Shown here in pieces: positions 62,110 to 64,000 of a stretch of 64,000 nucleotides of DNA. This stretch comes from Tubiluchus corallicola (taxonomy: Eukaryota > Animalia > Priapulida), in the NCBI GenBank assembly GCA_030141605.1, contig JAQGDQ010000018.1, positions 62,001 to 126,000 of the forward strand. Direction: 5' to 3'. Numbering within the stretch: position 1 is the first letter of the stretch; every line of letters begins with the position of its first letter. A program made the translations under genes and the position numbers. Under the pieces are notes generated by a model. That model made no database searches. It saw only the letters and a list, made by a program, of their open reading frames with translations, and was not told the DNA's origin.

Positions 62110-64000
62110 GTAATTATGAATTATTTGATTAGTAACGATTATTTCTCTGAAGAAGCATTAACGAGTTTCTTTCATCTAATTGTGCTCATCACATTAAGTG
62201 TTTTGTGTGCAGCTGCATGTAGTTTTTGTTCATGCTGGGTACTTCCTTATTATTTTTTGGCAAAAGAGGGCTTATTATTTCTTGGCAAAAGAGGGCAGCA
62301 CAGTGTTGTCTAGTAATTTAGGTTAGGACAAATGCATTTTTGATTTTCCATTCATTGCTAATCTCATGCTTAAGTTTTGGTTTTCTTTGCAGATATTTCT
62401 AAGATAAACAACCCTCTTGAAAGCATTTTTGTAAGGTTATAGTAATAGCTGACTGGTGTAAAATTGGGAAAAAACCAGATATGATAGTTTCTTTTTAATG
62501 AAGTCGTATTTTAAAGTCCAAATCCTTTCTCTTTTTATTTCTTTTTCATATCAATTCATACTTCAAAGGAAATAATAAAGCCTGCTAATTTAATCTGAAA
62601 TTGTTATCATAAGTAGTAACTTGCACATATTCATCTTCTGAAAATCACGGTAGAAGATGAACATTTTTTTCTCCCTCTATACTGCTTTCTTGCTCGTACT
62701 GAACAGCTGTGTATTGGAAGAATATACTGAATGACCACAACTTTCATTGCAGTAAGGCACACAGCATTCAGAATAAATTTTGAATTTGTATTTAATGTGC
62801 AACTAATCTTAATAATTTAACTTTAGTGCCTTGATAAACATATGTCACACATAAAAACTGCAAGTATGAGCTCAGCTTAACTGCTTTAATTACAGACAAA
62901 TCTTCTACAAAATTTTAGACAAGTTAGTGATTATTATGCAACACACTGCCAAAAGCATACAAAAATTTTGTTTTTTATAAAGTTTAATTTCTTTTACGGA
63001 TCTACTAGTTATACTAGCCATACATATTTTGTGTACATTAATGCATGTGAATGTTTTTATGTTGTGAAATTTCAAGATTATTAATATAACTATTGAATGA
63101 GTAGTGTTAAATGTCTTATTGAACTGCAGCAAATTCATGCTGAACTAGAGGAATTTTTGTCTATGTTTCGCATTCTGTGCAATGAAATTATCTCCTAGTT
63201 GAAGTCTTATTTAAAACACCTAACTTTAACAATATTACCATTATCAGTGTATTAGCTTTGCTTGTTTTAAGACAACAGAGAAAATCCTTCACTGGGTGGT
63301 AATAAGGAAAGCAACACATGTTTTTAGTGATGTTATTATTATTTAATGGGGAGCACATTCAACTGACCAAGTCCAGCAGAGAGAGAGTCCAGCAGATTTT
63401 TGTTGTTTATAATGTTGCTTGTGTTTGTACTGAAGCAGAAGTGATGAGGCTGTACTGCAGTCCACTACTATTATTAATGTGTTGTAAGGATATTTGTGTA
63501 ACATCTTATCATTGTGTAATCTTGAATGTGCAGTCTTGAATAACTGTAAGGGCAGCGATTTTCCATATGGTAATAATCTAAGAACTTTGGTTTGTTCTGG
63601 TTTGGCTAATTTAAAGATCCATTACTTGTGATGATGCATATAATTATAGTTTTCAAAACATTGTTAAAGTGAAATGCTTGCAATTTTATTTTGAAAGCAT
63701 ATTTTACTATATATCTCAAGTTAGTAACATGATTTGGGTTCATAGTGAGTGATTAAGTACGGTGATTTGTTTGGCATATGACGCAGTTATCTAAAATTTT
63801 ACTTTTCAGTGTTCAAACATGGAACAACTTTCTGCCTTAGTATTTTGTGTACTAGTACTCAGTTTCAGATGGAGAAAACCCTTTTATGAACAAGTGTGAT
63901 GAGTTTAGTTAGATAAGTGGGGAAGTCAAAATAAATCATCAAGTTTCCAGCCAATGTTGTGTATACTGAGAAAAAACCTAGATAAATATTTGATTAATGT

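Noticed and set aside
62627-62664. Hairpin TTCATCTTCT...AGAAGATGAA
   Set aside because: The stem is too short for a pre-miRNA and is plausible by chance in AT-rich DNA.

Overview
AT-rich, intron-rich animal (invertebrate-like) nuclear DNA; not prokaryotic, and I found no rRNA, tRNA or CRISPR. Four genes can be reconstructed by hand. (1) A TEX14-like ankyrin-repeat pseudokinase on the minus strand: 21 phase-compatible coding exons from ATG 16288 down to 338, running off the window start. (2) A ZDHHC23-like DHHC palmitoyltransferase with a single coding exon (minus, 19781-20980). (3) CENP-S/MHF1 with a single coding exon (plus, 37551-37967). (4) The 5' part of an I-set Ig (titin/obscurin/MLCK-like) gene (plus, 40851 to at least 62109), with a transmembrane-encoding first exon and a probable second CpG-rich promoter. 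Introns and intergenic DNA hold decayed RTE and CR1 LINEs, many MITEs, a foldback-like minisatellite element, a Penelope-like inverted repeat and a second, shorter inverted repeat; both inverted repeats carry eroded minimal hammerhead ribozyme motifs. The best leads are the membrane-anchored versus soluble Ig isoform switch, an orphan half-Ig exon, the 1.2-kb Penelope/hammerhead hairpin behind CENP-S, and the invertebrate TEX14 with an RPPxxxY motif. All calls come from reading and translating by eye; no database searches were run.
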